This document shows, one piece after another, positions 1 through 26,759 of a DNA stretch of 64,000 nt. Position 1 is the stretch's first letter. Every line of letters begins with the position of its first letter. The notes beneath the pieces were generated by a model. It did not search any database, was not told where the DNA came from, and saw only the letters and a list, made by a program, of their open reading frames with translations. A program made the translations under genes and the position numbers. Source of the DNA: the human T2T-CHM13v2.0 reference genome, Homo sapiens; assembly GCF_009914755.1 (NCBI RefSeq), contig NC_060925.1; one strand, written 5' to 3'.

Positions 1-3000
1 TCCATTCCATTCTACTCGGGTTGTTTCGATCCCATTCCATTCTTTCCATTCCATTCTATTTCACTCGGGTTGATTCCATTCCATTCCATTCCATTCCATT
101 CCCCTCGGTTTCGTTCCATTCCATTCCATTCCATTCCATTCCATTCCATTAAAGTTGATTCCATTCAGTTCCATTCCATTCCATTCCCTCCGGTTATTTC
201 CATACCTTTCCATTCTTTCCATTCCAATACATTCCATTCCATTCCATTCCATTCCTTTCCATTCGATTCCATTCTAATCCATTCCATTGCATTCTATTCC
301 ATTCCCTTCTATTCCATTGCATTCCATTCCATTCCATTCCATTCCGTTCCTATGCATTCCATTCCATTCCCTTCCATTGCATTCCATTCCATTCCATGCC
401 ATTCCATTTCATTGCATTCCATTCCATTTGACTCGGGTTCATTCCATTCGATTTCATTCCATTGCATTCCTTTCCATTCCATTCCCTTCCTCTCGTCTTG
501 ATTGCATTCAATTCCATTCCGTTCCATTCCATTATATTCCATTCCATTCCATTCCATTCCATTCCATTCCATTCCATTCCATTCCATTCCATTCCTCTCG
601 GGTGGATTCCATGCCATTCCATTCCATTCCATTCCATTCCATTCCATTCCATTCCATTCCATTCCATTCTGTTCCATTCCATTCCATTCCACTCTGGTTT
701 ATTCCATTTCATTCATTTCGATTCCATTCCATTCCATTCCACTCGGGTTGATTCCATTCTATTCCATTCCATTCCATTCCATTCCATTCCACTCGGGTTG
801 ATTCCATTCCTTTCCATTCCATTCCATTACATTGCATTCCATTGCATTCCATTCGATTCCATTCCATTCCGCTCGGGTTGATTCCGATCCGTTGCATTGC
901 ATTCCATTCCATACTATAAAATTCCACTCGCGTTATTTCCATCCCATTCTATTCATTCCATTCCACTACATTCCATTCCATTCCATCCCATTCTATTCCA
1001 TTCCACTCAGTTGACTCCATTCCATTCCATCCCATTCCATTCCACTCAGGTTGATTCCATTCCTTTCTATTCCATTCCTTTCCATTCCATTCTAGTTGAT
1101 TCCATTCCGTTCCATTCCATTCCATTCTATTCCATTCCATTCCATTCCATTCGGGTTGATTCCATTCCATTCCAATCCATTCCATTCCATTCGATTGCAT
1201 TCCATTCTATTCCATTCCATTCCATTCCATTCCATTCTCTTCCTCTCGGGTTGTTTCCAATCCATTCCCTTCCATTCCATTCCATTCCACTACATTACGT
1301 TATATTCCACTCGGGTTATTTTGATCCGAAACCATTCATTCCCTTCCATTCCATTCCATTCCACTCCCATTCCATTCCACTCGCGTTGATTCTATTGCAG
1401 TCCATTCCATTCCATTCTATCCCATTCCGTTCCATTCCCCTCGGGTTGATCCCATTCCATTCCATTCCATTCCACTCGGTTTGATTGCATTCCATTCCAA
1501 TCCATTCCATTCCATTCCATTCCATTCCATTCCATTCCGTTCCATTTCACTCATTTTGTGCTGATTCCTTTCTATTCCATTCCATTCCATTCACTATCAT
1601 TCCATTCCATTCCATTCCACTCGGGTTATTTTCATCCCATTCCATTCATTCCATTCCATTCCATTCTTTTCCATTCCATTGCATTCCACTTGTGTTGATT
1701 CCACTCCATTCGATTCGATTCGATTCCATTCCATTTCATTCCATTCCATTCCATTCCATTCCATTCCATTCCATTCAGTATTATTTGATTACATTCTATT
1801 TTATTCCATTCCATCCCATTCCATTTCCCCCGGGGTTCATTCCATTCCTTTGAATTTCATTCCATTCCATTCTATTCCATTCCTTTCCATTTCTTTCCAC
1901 TCGCCTCGGGTTGACTCCATTCGATTCCATTCCACTCCAATCCATTTCATTCTATTCAATTCCATTCCATTTCTTTCCATTCCAGTTGTTTCCATTCCAT
2001 TCCATTCCATTCCATTCCACTCGGCTTGATTTAATTCCATTCCAATCCATTCCATTTCATTGCATTCCATTCCATTCCATTCCATTCCATTCCATTCCAT
2101 ACCATTCCTCTCGGATTGATTCCAATCCGTTCCCTTGTATTCCATTCCTTTCCATTGCCTTCCATTCCTTTCCACTCGGTTTATTTTGAGCACATTACAT
2201 TCACTCAGTTCCACTCCATTCCACTCGGGTTGATTCCATTCCATTCCATTCCATTCCATTCCATTCCATTCTATTCCATTCCATTCTATTCCATTCCATT
2301 CCATTGTACTCCTGTTGATTCCATTCCATTCCATTCCATTCCATTCCATTCCAATTGTGTTGATTCCATTCCATTCCATTCTTTCCATTTCCATTCCATT
2401 CCATTCCAATCCATTCCATTCCATTCCATTCCATTCCGTTCCCTTCCTTTTCATTCCCTTCCACTCGTGTTGATTCCATAGCATTCCATTCCATTGCATT
2501 CCATTCCATTCCATTTCATTCTATTCAAATCGGGTTGATTCCATTCCATTCCATTCCATTCTATTCCATTCCATGCCACTCGGGATGATTCCATTCCATT
2601 GCATTCCATTCCATTCCTTTCCTTTCAAATCCATTCTATTCCGTTCCGTTTCACTCGGGTTTATTGCATTCCATTCCCTTCCATTCCATTCCATTCCATT
2701 CCATACCATTCCATTCCATTCCACTGCATTCCATTCCATTCCAGTCTGGTAGATTCCATTCCATTCCACCCTTGTAGATTCCATTCCATTCCATTCCATT
2801 CCATTCCATTCCATTCCATTCCATTCCATTTCCCTCGGGTTCATTCAATTCTATTCCATTCCATTCTATTCCATTCCATTCCATTCCCTTGCATTCCATT
2901 CCATTCTATTCCATTCCCTTCCATTCTATTCCATTCTACTCGGGTTGATTCCACTCCATTCCATTCCATTCCATTGCATTCCATTCCATTCCATTCCATT

Positions 3001-6000
3001 CTATTCCATTCCAGTCTATTCCATTCCATTCCATTGTACTCCTGTTGATTCCATTCTATTCTATTCCATTCCATTCCATTCCATTCCATTCCAATTGTGT
3101 TGATTCCATTCCATTCCATTCCATTCCATTCCATTCTTTCCATTTCCATTCCATTCCATTCCAATCCATTCCATTCCATTCCATTCCATTCCGTTCCCTT
3201 CCTTTTCATTCCCTTCCACTCGTGTTGATTCCATAGCATTCCATTCCATTGCATTCCATTCCATTCCATTTCATTCTATTCCAATCGGGTTGATTCCATT
3301 CCATTCTATTCCATTCTATTCCATTCCATGCCACTCGGGATGATTCCATTCCTTTGCATTCCATTCCATTCCTTTCCTTTCAAATCCATTCCATTCCATT
3401 CCATTTCACTCGGGTTTATTGCATTCCATTCCCTTCCATTCCATTCCATTCCATTCCATACCTTTCCATTCCATTCCACTGCATTCCATTCCATTCCAAT
3501 CTGGTAGATTCCATTCCACCCTGGTAGATTCAATTCCATTCCATTCCATTCCATTTCTCTCGGATTCATTCAATTCTATTCCATTCCATTCTATTCCATT
3601 CCATTCCATTCCATTCCATTCCATTCCATTCCATTCCACTTGGGTTGACTCCATTCCATTCCTTAACATTCCATTAAATTCAATTGCATTAAATTCCATT
3701 CCCTTCCATTCTTTTCCATTCCATTCCATTCGGGATGATTCAGTTCCTTTCCTTTCCATTTCCATTCCACTCCATTCCTCTCCATTCCCTTGCACTCGGG
3801 TTGATTCCATTCCATCCCTTTCCATTCCATTCCATTCCATTCAGTTCCATTCCACTCCGGTTGATTCCATTCAAATCCATTCCATTCCATTCCATTCCAC
3901 TCGGGTTGATTCCATTCCTTTCCACTCCAATCCATTCCATTCCCATCCATTCCACTCAGGTTGATTCCTTTCGATTCCATTGCATTCTATTCCAATCCAT
4001 TCCATTCCATTGCATTCCATTCCTTTCGGGTGGCTTCCATTCCATTCCATTCCATTCCATTCCATTCCATTCCATTCCATTCCAATTGATTCCATTTCAT
4101 TCCATTCCATTCCACTGGGGTTGATTCCATTCCATTCCATTCTATTCCATTCCATTCCATTCATTACATTCCTCTAGGTTTTATTCCTTTCTATTCCATT
4201 CCATTCCATTCCATTTCATTCCATTCCATTTCATTTCATTCTATTGCTTTCCACACGCTTTGAATCCATTCCATTCCACTCCAATCCATTTCATTCCATT
4301 CCATTTCATTCCATTCCATTCCAATCCGGTTGATTGCATTCCATTCCATTCCATTCCATTCCATTCCATTCCATTCCATACCATTCCGCTCGGGTTGATT
4401 CCATTCTATTCCATTCCATTCCATTCCATTCCGTTCCATTCCATTCCATTTCATTACATTACATTCCTCTCAGGTTGATTCCTTTCTATTCCATTCCATT
4501 ACATTACATTTCATTCCGTTCCTTTCCACTCCAGTTGATTCCATTCCATTCCATTCCTTTCCATTCCATTCCATTTCCCTCGGGTTGATTCCATTCCACT
4601 CCATTCCATTCCAATCCATTCCATTCCATTCCATTCCAGTTGACTCCATTCTATTCCATTCCATTCCATTTCATTCGACTCAGTTTGATTCCGTTCCATT
4701 CCATTCCATTCCATTCCATTCCATTCCATTCCATTCCTCTCAGGTAGATTCCATTCCATTCCATTCCATTCCATTCCATTCCATTCCATTCCATTCTACT
4801 CAGTTTGATTCCCTTCCATTCCATTCCATTCCATTCCATTCCTCTCGGGTAGATTCCATTCCATTCCATTCCATTCCATTCCATTCCATTCCATTTCGTT
4901 GCATTCCATTCCATTCCATTTCTTTCCATTCCAGTCCACACGCGTTGAATTCATTCCATTCCACTCCATTCCATTGCATTCCATTCCACTGCATTCCATT
5001 TCATTCCATTCCGTTTCATTCCATTCCATTCCAATGTGGTTGATTGCATTCCATTCCACTGCATTCCATTCCATTCCATTCCATTGCATTCCATTCCATT
5101 CCATTCCATACCATTCCGCTCGGTTTGATTCCATTATATTCCATTCCATTCCATTCCTTTCCATTTTATTACATTACATTCTTCTCGGGTTGATTCCTTT
5201 CTCTTCCATTCCATTCCTTTTCATTTCATTCCATTCCCTTCCACACGCATTGAATCCATTCCATTCCACTCCATTGCATTCCATTAATTTCCATTCCATT
5301 TCATTCCTTTCCACTCCTGTTGATTCCATTCCATTTCATTGCATTCCATTCCATTCCATTCCATTCCATTCCATTACATTTCCCTCGTGTTGATTCCATT
5401 CCACTCCATTCCATTCCATTCCATTCCGTTCCAGTTGATTCCATTCGATTCCATTCCATTTAATTCCATTCCATTCCAATCTGGTTGATTGCATTCCATT
5501 CCGTTCCCTTCCTTTCCATTCCATTCCATTCCATTCCATACCATTCCATTCCATTCCATTCCATTCCATTCCATTCCATTCCATTCCATTCCTGTCCATA
5601 CCATTCCACTAGGGTTGATTCCTTTCTATTCCGTTCCATTCTATTCCATTCCATTCCATTCCATTGTATTCTATTCCCTTCGACTCGTTTTGATTGCATT
5701 CCATTCCATTGCATTCCATTCCATTCCATTCCACTCGGGTAGATTCCATTCCGTTCCATTCCATTCCATTCCATTCCCTTCCATTCCATTCCATTCCATT
5801 GCCTTCCATTTCATTCCCCTTGGGTTTATTCCAATCTGTGCCATTCAATTCCTTTCCATTCCATTCCATTCCACTCGTGTTATTTCGATCCCATTCCATT
5901 CATTCCATTCCATTCCATTCCTTTCCATTCCATTCAGCTCGGGTTGATACCATTCTATTCCAGTTTATTCCATTCCATTCCTTTCCATTCCATTCCATTC

Positions 6001-6612
6001 CATTACTTTCCATCCCACTCGGGTTATTTTGATCATATTCCATTCATTCCATTCCATTCCATTGCATTCCATTCCATTCCATTCCTTTCCATTCCATTCA
6101 GCTCGGATTGATTCCATTCCACTCTAGTTTATTCCTTTCCATTCCATTCCATTCCATTCCATTCCATTCCATTCCATTCCATTCCTTTCCATTCCATTCA
6201 GCTCGGATTGATTCCATTCCACTCTAGTTTATTCCATTCCATTCCATTCCATTCCAGTCAGGTTGATTCCATTCTATTCCATTCCATTCCATTCCATTCA
6301 TTCCATTCCATTCCACTCGGGTTGATTCCATTTTATTCCATTCCATTTCATTCCATTCCGTTCTATTCCATTCCATTATTTTCCATTCAACTCGTGTTGA
6401 TTTCATTCCATACCGTTCCATTCCATTCTATTCCATTCCATTCCATTCCATTCCATTCCATTCCATTGCATTCCATTGCATTCCATTCCATTCCATTGCG
6501 TTCCATTCCCCTCGGATAGATTCCATTCCATTCCATTCCCCTCGCGTTCATTCCATTCCATTCCACTCCATTCCATTCCATTCCATTCCAGTTGATTCCA
6601 TTCCATTCCATT

Positions 6613-6613
<1 letters not shown>
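1..6613 (+). repeat. Human satellite III (HSat3), diverged (CATTC)n array with interspersed CACTCGGGTTGATTC-type motifs
   Basis: Continuous CATTC pentamers with recurring ACTCGGGTTG variants. The array ends abruptly at ...TTCCATTC|GCCAGGGAGGGC. Confidence 0.97.
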
Positions 6614-8467
<1,854 letters not shown>

Positions 8468-11400
8468 ACACGTCTCTGAACTGATAAACAAAGTGATGTA
8501 ACTCTTGTCTAGGCTCTGCCTTGAGGGGCTTTGTGACATATCTCTGCACTGGTCAACCAGGTGATGGGAATTTTGTCTAGGCTCTGCCTATGGGGGTATT
8601 GTGACATATCTCTACACTGATCACCTAGGTGATGTAACTCTTGTGTTGGATCTGCCTATGGGGCATTTTGACATATTTCTGCACTGATCACCCAGGTGAT
8701 GGGACTCTAATCTAGGCTCTGTGTATGAGGGCTTTGTGACATATGTCTGCATTGATCACCGACGTGATGTAACGCTTGACTAGGCTCTACCTAAGGGGCA
8801 TCGTGACATATCACTGCATTGATCACCGAGGTGATGTAACTCTTGTCCAGGCTCTGCCTATAGGGGGCCTTGTGAAATATCCCTGCACTGATCATCTAGG
8901 TGATGTAACTCTTCCTTATGCTCTGCCTGCAGGGTCATTGTGAAATATCTCTGCACTGATCACCCAGGTGTTGGGACTCTTCTCTAGGCTCTGCCTCCGG
9001 GGTCATTGTCACATATGTCTGCGCTGATCGCCCAGGTGACGGAATCTTGCCTTGGATTTGCCTATGGGGGCATTGTGACATATATCTGCACTGATCACCC
9101 AGGTGATGTAACTCTGGTCTAAGCTCTGCCTAAAGGGGCATTGTGACAGATCTCTGCACTGATCATTCAGGTGATGTAACTATTGTCTAGGCTCTGCTTA
9201 AAGGGGCCTTGTCAAATATCTCTGCACTGATCACCCAGGTGATGTAAATCTTGTCTAGGCTCTGCTTACAGGGGGTATTGTGACATATCTTTGCACTGAT
9301 CACCTAAGTGATGTAACACTTGTGTAGGCTCTGCCTACAAGGGCATAATAATAATGTATCTGCACTGTTAACCGAGGTGATGTAACTCTTGTCTGGGCTG
9401 TGCCCACAGGGAGATTGAGACATGTCTCTGCACTGATCCCGAGATGATCCAACTCTTGCCTGGTCTCTGCCTACTAGGGACATTGTGACATATCTCTGCA
9501 CTTATCTTCCAGGTGCTGTAACATTAGTCTAGGCTCTGGCTACACGGGATTGTGACATGTCACTGCACTGATCGCCCAGGAGATATAACTCTTCTCTAGG
9601 CTCTGCTTACAGGGCTTGTGACATATCTCTGCACTGATCACCCAGGTGATATAACTCTTCTCTAGAATCTGCCTACAGGGAGCTTTGTGACATATCCAAG
9701 CAATGATCACCCAGGTGATGTACCACTTGTCAAGGATATGCCTACAGGGACATTGCGCTGTATCTCTGCACTGATAACCTAGGTCATGTAACTCTTGTCT
9801 AGGCTCTGCCTGCATTTGCATTGTGACATAACTCTGCACTGATCATCCAAGTGATGCAACACTTGTATAGGATCTGCCTAAAGGGACTTTGTGACATAAC
9901 TCTGCACTGATCATCCAGGTGATGGGGCTTTTGTTTAGTCTCTGCATAAGGGGGCATTGTGACATATTTCTGCACAGATCACCCAGGTGACAGACTCTTG
10001 TCCTGGATCTCCCTATGGGGGCATTGTGTCATGTCTCTGCACTGATCACCCAGGTGATGTAACTGTTGTATAAGCTTTGCCGACAGGGGAATTGTGAGAG
10101 ATCTCGCCAATGATCACTCAAGTGACGTAACTATTGTCTAGGATTTGCCTACAGGGGGCTTTGTGACATACCATTGCACTTATCACCCAGGTGATGTAAC
10201 TGTTGTATAAGCTTTGCCGACAGGGGAATTGTGAGAGATCTCGCCAATGATCACTCAAGTGACGTAACTATTGTCTAGGATTTGCCTACAGGGGGCTTTG
10301 TGACATACCATTGCACTTATCACCCAGGTGATGTAACTCATCTAAGTTCTGCCTAAAGGAGCTTTGTGACATATCTCCGCACTGATCACTTAGGTGATGT
10401 AACAATTTTATAAGCACTGCCTACAGGGAATATTGACAAATCTCTGCACTGATCACCTAGGTGATGTAACTCTTTTCTAGGATCTGCACACAGGGTGCTT
10501 TGTGACATTTCCCTGCAATGATCACGCAGGTGATGTACCACTTGTCAAGGCTCTGCCTGCAGGGGCATTGTGATGTATCTCTGCACTGATCACCTAGGTT
10601 AGGTAACTCTTGTCTAGGCTCTGCCTACAGTGGCATTGTGACATATCTCTGCACTGATCACGCAGGTGATTCAACTCTTTTCTAGGATCTGCCTACAGGG
10701 GGTATTGTGAAATATCACTGCACCAATCAACTAGGTGGTGTAACTCTTGTCTAGGCTCTACCTACAGGGGCGTTTTCACATATCCCTGAACTGATCACAA
10801 AGGTGTTGTAACTCTTGCCTAGGCCTTGCCTACAGGGGACATTGTGACATATCTCTGCACTGATCTCCCAGGTGATGCAACTCTTCTCTATGCTCTGCCT
10901 ACAGGGGACACTGTGACATATCTCTGCACTGATCACCCAAGTGATGCAACTCTTCTCTATTCTGTGCCTACAGGGGGCATTGTGACATATCTCTGCCCTA
11001 ATCACCCAGGTGATGTAACTCTTTTCTAGTCTCTGCCTGCAGAGGGCGTTGTGACATCACTCTGCACGGATCACCCAGGTTATGTAACTCTTGTCTAGGC
11101 TCTGCCTATGGGGGCATTGTGACTTATCTCTGCACTGATCACCCAGGAGATGTGACTCTTTTCTAAGCTCTGCCTAGAGGGACATTGGGACATATCTCTG
11201 CACTGATCACTGAGGTGATGTAAAACTTGTCTAGGCTCTGCTTACAGTGGGTATTGTGAGATATCTCTGCACTGATCACCCAGGTGATGTAACTCTTGTC
11301 TAGTCTCTGCCTACAGGGGCATTTTCACATATCACTGCACTGATCACCAAGATGATGTAACTCTTGTATAGGCTTCGCCGGCAGGGGGCATTGAGACATA

Positions 11401-13774
11401 TCTATGCACTGATCACCGACGTGACACAACTCTTTTCTGGGATCTGCTTACAAGGGGCATTGTGACATATTTCTGCCCTGATCACCCAGTTGATGTAACT
11501 CTTGTCTAGGCTCTGCCTACTGGAGACATTGTGACATATCTCAGCACTGATCACCCAGGTGATGTCACTTTTGTCAAGGATATGCCTACAGGGACATTGT
11601 TGCATGTCACTGCACTGATCACACAGCTGATGTAACTGTTGTCTAGGCTCTGGCTACAGGGGGCTTGTGACACATCTCTGCACTGATCACCCAGGTGATG
11701 TAAACTTTGTCTACTCTGCCAAAAAGGGGCATTGTGACATAACTCTGCACTGATCACCCAGGTGATGGGACTCTTGTCTAGGCTCTGCCTACAGCGGCAT
11801 TGTGACATATCTCTGCAGTGATCACGCAGGTGATGTAACTCTTCTCTATATCTGCCTACTGGTGGCATTGTGGCATATTTCTACACTGATCACCCAGGTG
11901 ATGGACTCTTGTCTTGGATCTGCCTATGTGGTCATAGTGACATATCTCTGCACTGATCACTCATGTGATGTAACCCTTGTCTAAGCTGTGACTAAAGTTG
12001 AATTGTGACAGATGTCTCCAGTGATCACCGAGGTGATGTAACAGTTTCCTGGGATTTGTCTACACGGGGCTTTGTGACATATCTTTGCACTGATCACCCA
12101 GGAGATATAACTCTTGTCTAGGCTCGGCCTACTTGGCATTTGTGACATATTTCTGAACTGATCACCTAGGTGACGTAACTCTTGTCTAGGCTCCACCTAC
12201 AGGGGTATTGTGACGTATCTCTGCACTGATCTCCCAGGTGATGTAACATTTATCTAGGCTCTGCCTACTGGGGCGTTTTGACATAGCTCTGCACAGAGCA
12301 CCTAGGTTATGTAACTCTTTTCCACTGTCTGCCTACAGGGGGCATTGTGAAATATCTCTGCACTGATCACCCAGGTGATGGGACTCTTCTCTATGCTCTG
12401 CCTAGAGAGGGATTTGTGACATATCTCTGCACTTATCACCCAGGTGATGGAAGTGTTGTCTAGGCTCTGTCTATGGGGGCGTTGTGTCAAATATCTGCAC
12501 TGATCACCCAGGTGATGTAACTCTTGTCTAGGCTCTGTCTACAGGGATTTTTGTGACATATCACTGCACTGTTCACCTAGGTGATGTAAGCCTTGTACGG
12601 GCTTTGCCTACAGAAGGCTTTGTGATATATCTATGCACTGATATCTGAGGTGATGCAACTCTTGTCTAGGCACTGCCTACAGGGGACATTGGTACATCTC
12701 TCTGCACTGATCACTGAGATGATGGGCTCTTCTCTTAAATCTGCCTACATGGACATTGTGACACATCTCTGAACTGATCAACCAAGTGATGAAACTCTTG
12801 TCTAGGCTCTGCCTACAGGGGCTTTGTGACACATCTCTGCACTGTTCAACCTGGGGAGAGAACTCTTGTCTACGCTCAGCCTACAGGAGACTTTATGACT
12901 TATACCTCCACTGATAACCTAGGTGATGTAACACTTGTCTAGGCTCTGCCTACACGGAAATTCTCACGTATATCTGCACTGATCACCCAGGTGATGTAAC
13001 TCCTGTCTAGGTTCAGCTTACAGGAGCGTTTTGACATATCTCTGCACTGATCTCCCAGGTGATGTAACCCTTGTCTAAGCTCTGCCTACAGGGGCATTGT
13101 GACAGATCTCTCCACTGCTCACCCAGGTTATGTAACAATTGTCTTGCTTTGCCTACAGGGGGCTTTGTGATATAGATTTCCACTGATCCAACAGGTGATG
13201 TAACCCTTGTCAAGGTTCTGCTTTCAGCGGCTTTGTGACATATCTCTGCACTGATCACCCCAGGGAGGAAACACTTGTCTACACTCTGCCTACAGGAGGC
13301 TTTACGTCTTAACACTGCACTGATCACTAGGTGATGTAACACTTGTGTAGGCTCTGTCTACAGGGGAATTTTCCAATATCTCTACACTGATCACCTGAAT
13401 GATGTAACCCTTGTCTAGGTTCAGCTTACTGGGGATTTCTGACATATCTATGCATTGATCACTAGGTGATGTAACACTTGTGTAGGTTCTGTCTACACGG
13501 GAATTTTCCAATATCTCTACACTGATCACCTGAATGATGTAACCCTTGTCTAGGTTCAGCTTACTGGGGATTTCTGACATACCTATGCACTGATCACCGA
13601 GGTGATGTAAATCATTTCCAGGCTTTTTGTACAGGAGACATTGTGAAGTATCTCTGCACTGATCACCCAAATGATGCAAATCTTCTCTAGGCTCCGCAGG
13701 GAGGGGCATTGTGACATGTTTCTGAACTGATCATCCAGGAGATGTAACCATTCTCCAGGCTTTGAAGAAAGAGT
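8468..13774 (-). repeat. Beta satellite (68-bp Sau3A family) block 1
   Basis: Tandem 68/69-bp monomers reading TGATCACCCAGGTGATGTAACTCTTGTCTAGGCTCTGCCTACAGGGGCATTGTGACATATCTCTGCAC on the + strand. Strand is given relative to DUX orientation. Confidence 0.96.
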
Positions 13775-13883
13775 GTCGGAAGGTGTTGGGAGAACCTCAG
13801 CCAGAATTTCACGGATGGAAAAGGACACAGAGAGGCCAGCGGGCTCCCTTGCACGTCAGCCGGGGTGCGCCATGAGTGCAGGT
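13690..13883 (-). other. DUX4 exon 3/pLAM-like element of copy B, without a poly(A) signal
   Basis: GGCTAG|ACCTGC acceptor at 13883, then CCGGCTGACGTGCAAGGGAG...CACCTTCCGAC running into beta satellite GTTACATCTCCTGGATGATCAGTTCAG. The PAS-equivalent hexamer is GTCACA (13710-13715). Confidence 0.85.
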
Positions 13884-14355
13884 CTAGCCAGGAGACCGGC
13901 AAAGAGAGCTAGAGGTGTGCGTTCTGCTGCGAAGATCTCCATGGTGGCAGCTGGGAGGCGGCAGGGGCATGGGCGGGCCAGCGACAGTGGCGCGGAGCCA
14001 GAGAGGAGGGGAGCCACCAGAGTTGTGTCAGGCCTGGACGCTGTGCGGCCCGGTGTTTCACTGGACAGGGGTCTCCACCCAGCTCTGGGGAGGACCCATT
14101 TTCCGGGGGGGGGTGTGTTTGTGGGGAGGGGTGGTCACGCAGGGGTGGGGTGGTGGAAAGGCATGAGAGATCTGCCTGGGCTGCTCCCACATCCCAAGCA
14201 GCTGCCCAAAAACATGTGCATGCGTAGTAGGCAGCCACCTGCTATTACCTGGGCCGGCTCTGGGATCCCCGGGAGGCCCAGGAAAGAATGGCAGTTCTCT
14301 GCTGTGTGGAGTCTCTCACCGGACCAAGAACTAGAAGGCAGGAATCCCAGGCCGG

Positions 14356-15950
<1,595 letters not shown>

Positions 15951-16914
15951 GGAAGGGTCCCAGGACGTCGAGGCCTGCGGCCGGGGGGTGTTGTGTGGGG
16001 GGGGGAAGGCGTGGTGATTTTGCTGGTCAGGCTGGAGAGACGAAGAGGAAGGGGGAGAGGGGGAAGGGGTGAGCGGGGCGCGTTTCGTGGGCTGGTTTTC
16101 CAGGACTCTCCAGGAATCCCGTGGGAACTGGAAGCCGCTCTCTGGGCTCCCACGCGTCTTCAGCAGGGAGAAACACGCCTGGGAGGGTGGAGGGGAGTGT
16201 GGAACTGAACCTCCATGGGAGTCTTGAGTGTTCCTGGCCCTCTCTCCGTGAAGGAGGCAGTGCCTGTGGGTGTCGCCGTTGCCGGGACAGTCTCACACAC
16301 ACAGGCGTGTGGCTCTCGTTCATTTCCACATGGTAGACCAGAGCGAGACCCCAGAGAGAAGATGCCTCCCCGGCCCGATGGCCTGACGATGGATTCCCGT
16401 GTGTGGCAACATGGGGTGTCTGCAGTGTGGCTGGTTTGGAAACTGGCAAGGAGAGCAAAGGCACCATGCCGGTCTTCCACCATTCCCTGCATGTTTCCGG
16501 GTGCCCGCAGAGCTCCGATAGAAAACAGTCAGCATGGCCAGCCTTTCTAGGGCCAGAGAGACTTGAGCAACAGGCCGCATTGCAGAGGGCAGAGCCACGC
16601 GGAAACCAAAATCACGCCTCCGTCGTCCCGAGTGAGGCTCCTCCGTGGTCAGGGCTGTCGGCCTTGTGCTGCGTTGCAGGACTCAGCCTGGGGACGTGCG
16701 GTCTGTGAACCATGTGGGTGAAAACCTGACGGCAACCCGAGTCCAGGTCTTTGTCTCCGAGGAAACCGCCCATTCCCTGCGCCACGGAATCGGGGCGAAT
16801 GAGTGCCCCGCCGGCCCACGCAGCGGCTGTGGGCTGAGCCCTCACCAGGCGCCGGACACTTACAATTTTCCCGGAGGGCGGGGGTCCCGTTCCTCCCGGA
16901 GGCCGAAGACCGCT

Positions 16915-17105
16915 TTCCCTCTCTGCCTTCCTCCCTGTATCCCCGACTCCCTCCCTCCTGCCCCCAGTCCCTGTGTCACTCTGTCTTTCCCTCCATTCCT
17001 CCCTGCTTCCCTCCCTCCCTCCCTCCCTGATAACATCCCTCCACCCATCCTTCCACCCTTCTAGGTCTCCCGTTCCTCTCTCCATCTCTGCCCTCCTTCC
17101 CTACT
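16915..17105. repeat. Polypyrimidine (CCCT/CCTT)-rich low-complexity tract internal to D4Z4
   Basis: CCCTCCCTCCCT-type runs; present only in the B-C dimer, which retains the middle of the unit. Confidence 0.8.
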
Positions 17106-17450
17106 GCCTGGATCGCTCAGCATCCCTGTTAAGCGCTGGGCCTGGGGTCTGCGTTCCGCCGCCAGGCATTCCATGGTGGCAGCTGGGAGGCTGCAGAAGC
17201 ACGGGCTGGCAGGCGACGATGGCGCGGAGGCAGAGAGGAGGTGAGCAGCCGCAGCGGTGTCAGGCCTGGACGCTGCGTGGGCCCGGTGTTTCATGGGACG
17301 GGCGTCTCAACCCAGCCCAGGGGAGGACGCATTTTCTGGGGTTGGGGGCTGTGGGTGCGGCGGGGGTGGTCAGGCTGGGGTGGGGTGGTAGAAAGGCATG
17401 AGAGCTCTGCCTGGGCTGCTCCCACAGCCCAGGCGGCTGCCCGCAAACAC

Positions 17451-26759
<9,309 letters not shown>

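Noticed and set aside
61-6519. Many MEWNG/IPFHS repeat ORFs
   Set aside because: These are translations of the stop-free CATTC pentamer, with no evidence of coding.
8468-13774. CRISPR-like appearance of conserved TGATCACCCAGGTGATG with variable intervals
   Set aside because: The intervals are homologous monomer sequence, not unique spacers. The context is primate and there are no cas genes.
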